NCBI GenBank assembly: GCA_050575255.1
Contig: JBNZDD010013408.1
Span: 128,599-192,598, forward strand
Direction of reading: 5' to 3'
From: Harriotta raleighana
Lineage: Eukaryota
Length of the DNA stretch: 64,000 nt
Part shown: piece after piece, positions 63,345 through 64,000 of the stretch
Position numbering within the stretch: position 1 is the first letter of the stretch
Layout: every line of letters starts with the position of its first letter
The notes under the pieces: generated by a model
Seen by the model: the letters and a program-made list of their open reading frames with translations, nothing else
The model's database searches: none
What the model was told of the DNA's origin: nothing
Position numbers and translations under genes: made by a program

Positions 63345-63574
63345 CCCCGCCGCCCCCCACAGAGTCAAAGGACACACTAGTCGTTTGGGATAAGACTTTC
63401 AACTGATCGATGGATGGTAACGATCCCATGGACACACCATTAGAGAAGGTAGGTTTCTCCCAGTATCCTGGCCGCGAATCCCCACGGACAAAATTGGTCT
63501 TTTACTTTTACGGGGCATATTTTTACGGGGAGATTGGCTGCCTCGTAGTACAGATCGACTTCCTCTAGGGATAA

Positions 63575-63804
63575 TAAATAATGATAATAAGCCTGAGTTT
63601 GTTTGTTTATGTAGAGCGGCTTTTCACGTCTTCTAGAGCGTTTCACAGAATGTACTGTCAAGTGAATTGACTGGATATTCTGTGGGCGAAACGCGGCAGC
63701 CAATTGCGCACAGCGGCGTCCCCCACAAACNGTCATGGATTGAGATGAACAATTTTTTTAATTATTGTTCTCTTTTGAGGGATTAAAGTATTATCATGCG
63801 TGTG

Positions 63805-63881
<77 letters not shown>

Positions 63882-64000
63882 NACTGGATATTCTGTGGGC
63901 GAAACCTGGCAGCCAATTGCGCACAGCGGCGTCCCCCACAAACAGTCATGGATTGAGATGAACAATTTTTTAAATTATTGTTCTCTTTTGAGGGATTAAA
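63575..64000 (-). mobile_element. SINE of the same family, partly duplicated across single-N joins
   Basis: gcggcttttcacgtcttctag...gcagccaattgcgcacagcggcg. Confidence 0.8.

Noticed and set aside
1-64000. CRISPR arrays, operons or other prokaryotic systems
   Set aside because: The sequence is eukaryotic with spliceosomal introns; no regularly spaced repeat-spacer array was seen

Overview
Vertebrate genomic DNA, most consistent with a cartilaginous fish (probably elephant shark, Callorhinchus milii), judged from the abundant tRNA-headed Deu-domain SINE with an L2-type tail and from CR1/L2 LINE remnants. The species call is inferred from repeats only. The AT-rich left half (1 to ~32 kb) holds exons 3-14 and a probable ~4.9 kb 3' UTR of TTYH3 (tweety homolog 3) on the + strand. 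All 12 coding exons were read by eye, have GT-AG boundaries and join in phase. The last intron carries a candidate alternative C-terminal exon (LYLAALDSGSHLSWQPKTCDSARTNSYW*) that would remove the PPxY motif, plus two weaker candidate exons. The right half is GC-richer, dense in SINEs and microsatellites, and full of gaps and contig-overlap duplications. It contains one intact 439-aa class A peptide-type GPCR ORF with an uninterrupted coding region on the - strand (57758-59077). This ORF has NRY in place of DRY and resembles NPFF/SIFamide/orexin/QRFP receptors without clearly being any of them. Other notable items are a Tigger/pogo-like MITE, a Penelope-like repeat family with a decayed minimal hammerhead ribozyme core, a perfect 23-bp hairpin, and a SINE abutting a TTYH3 splice donor. 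Most ORFs in the supplied track are spurious.
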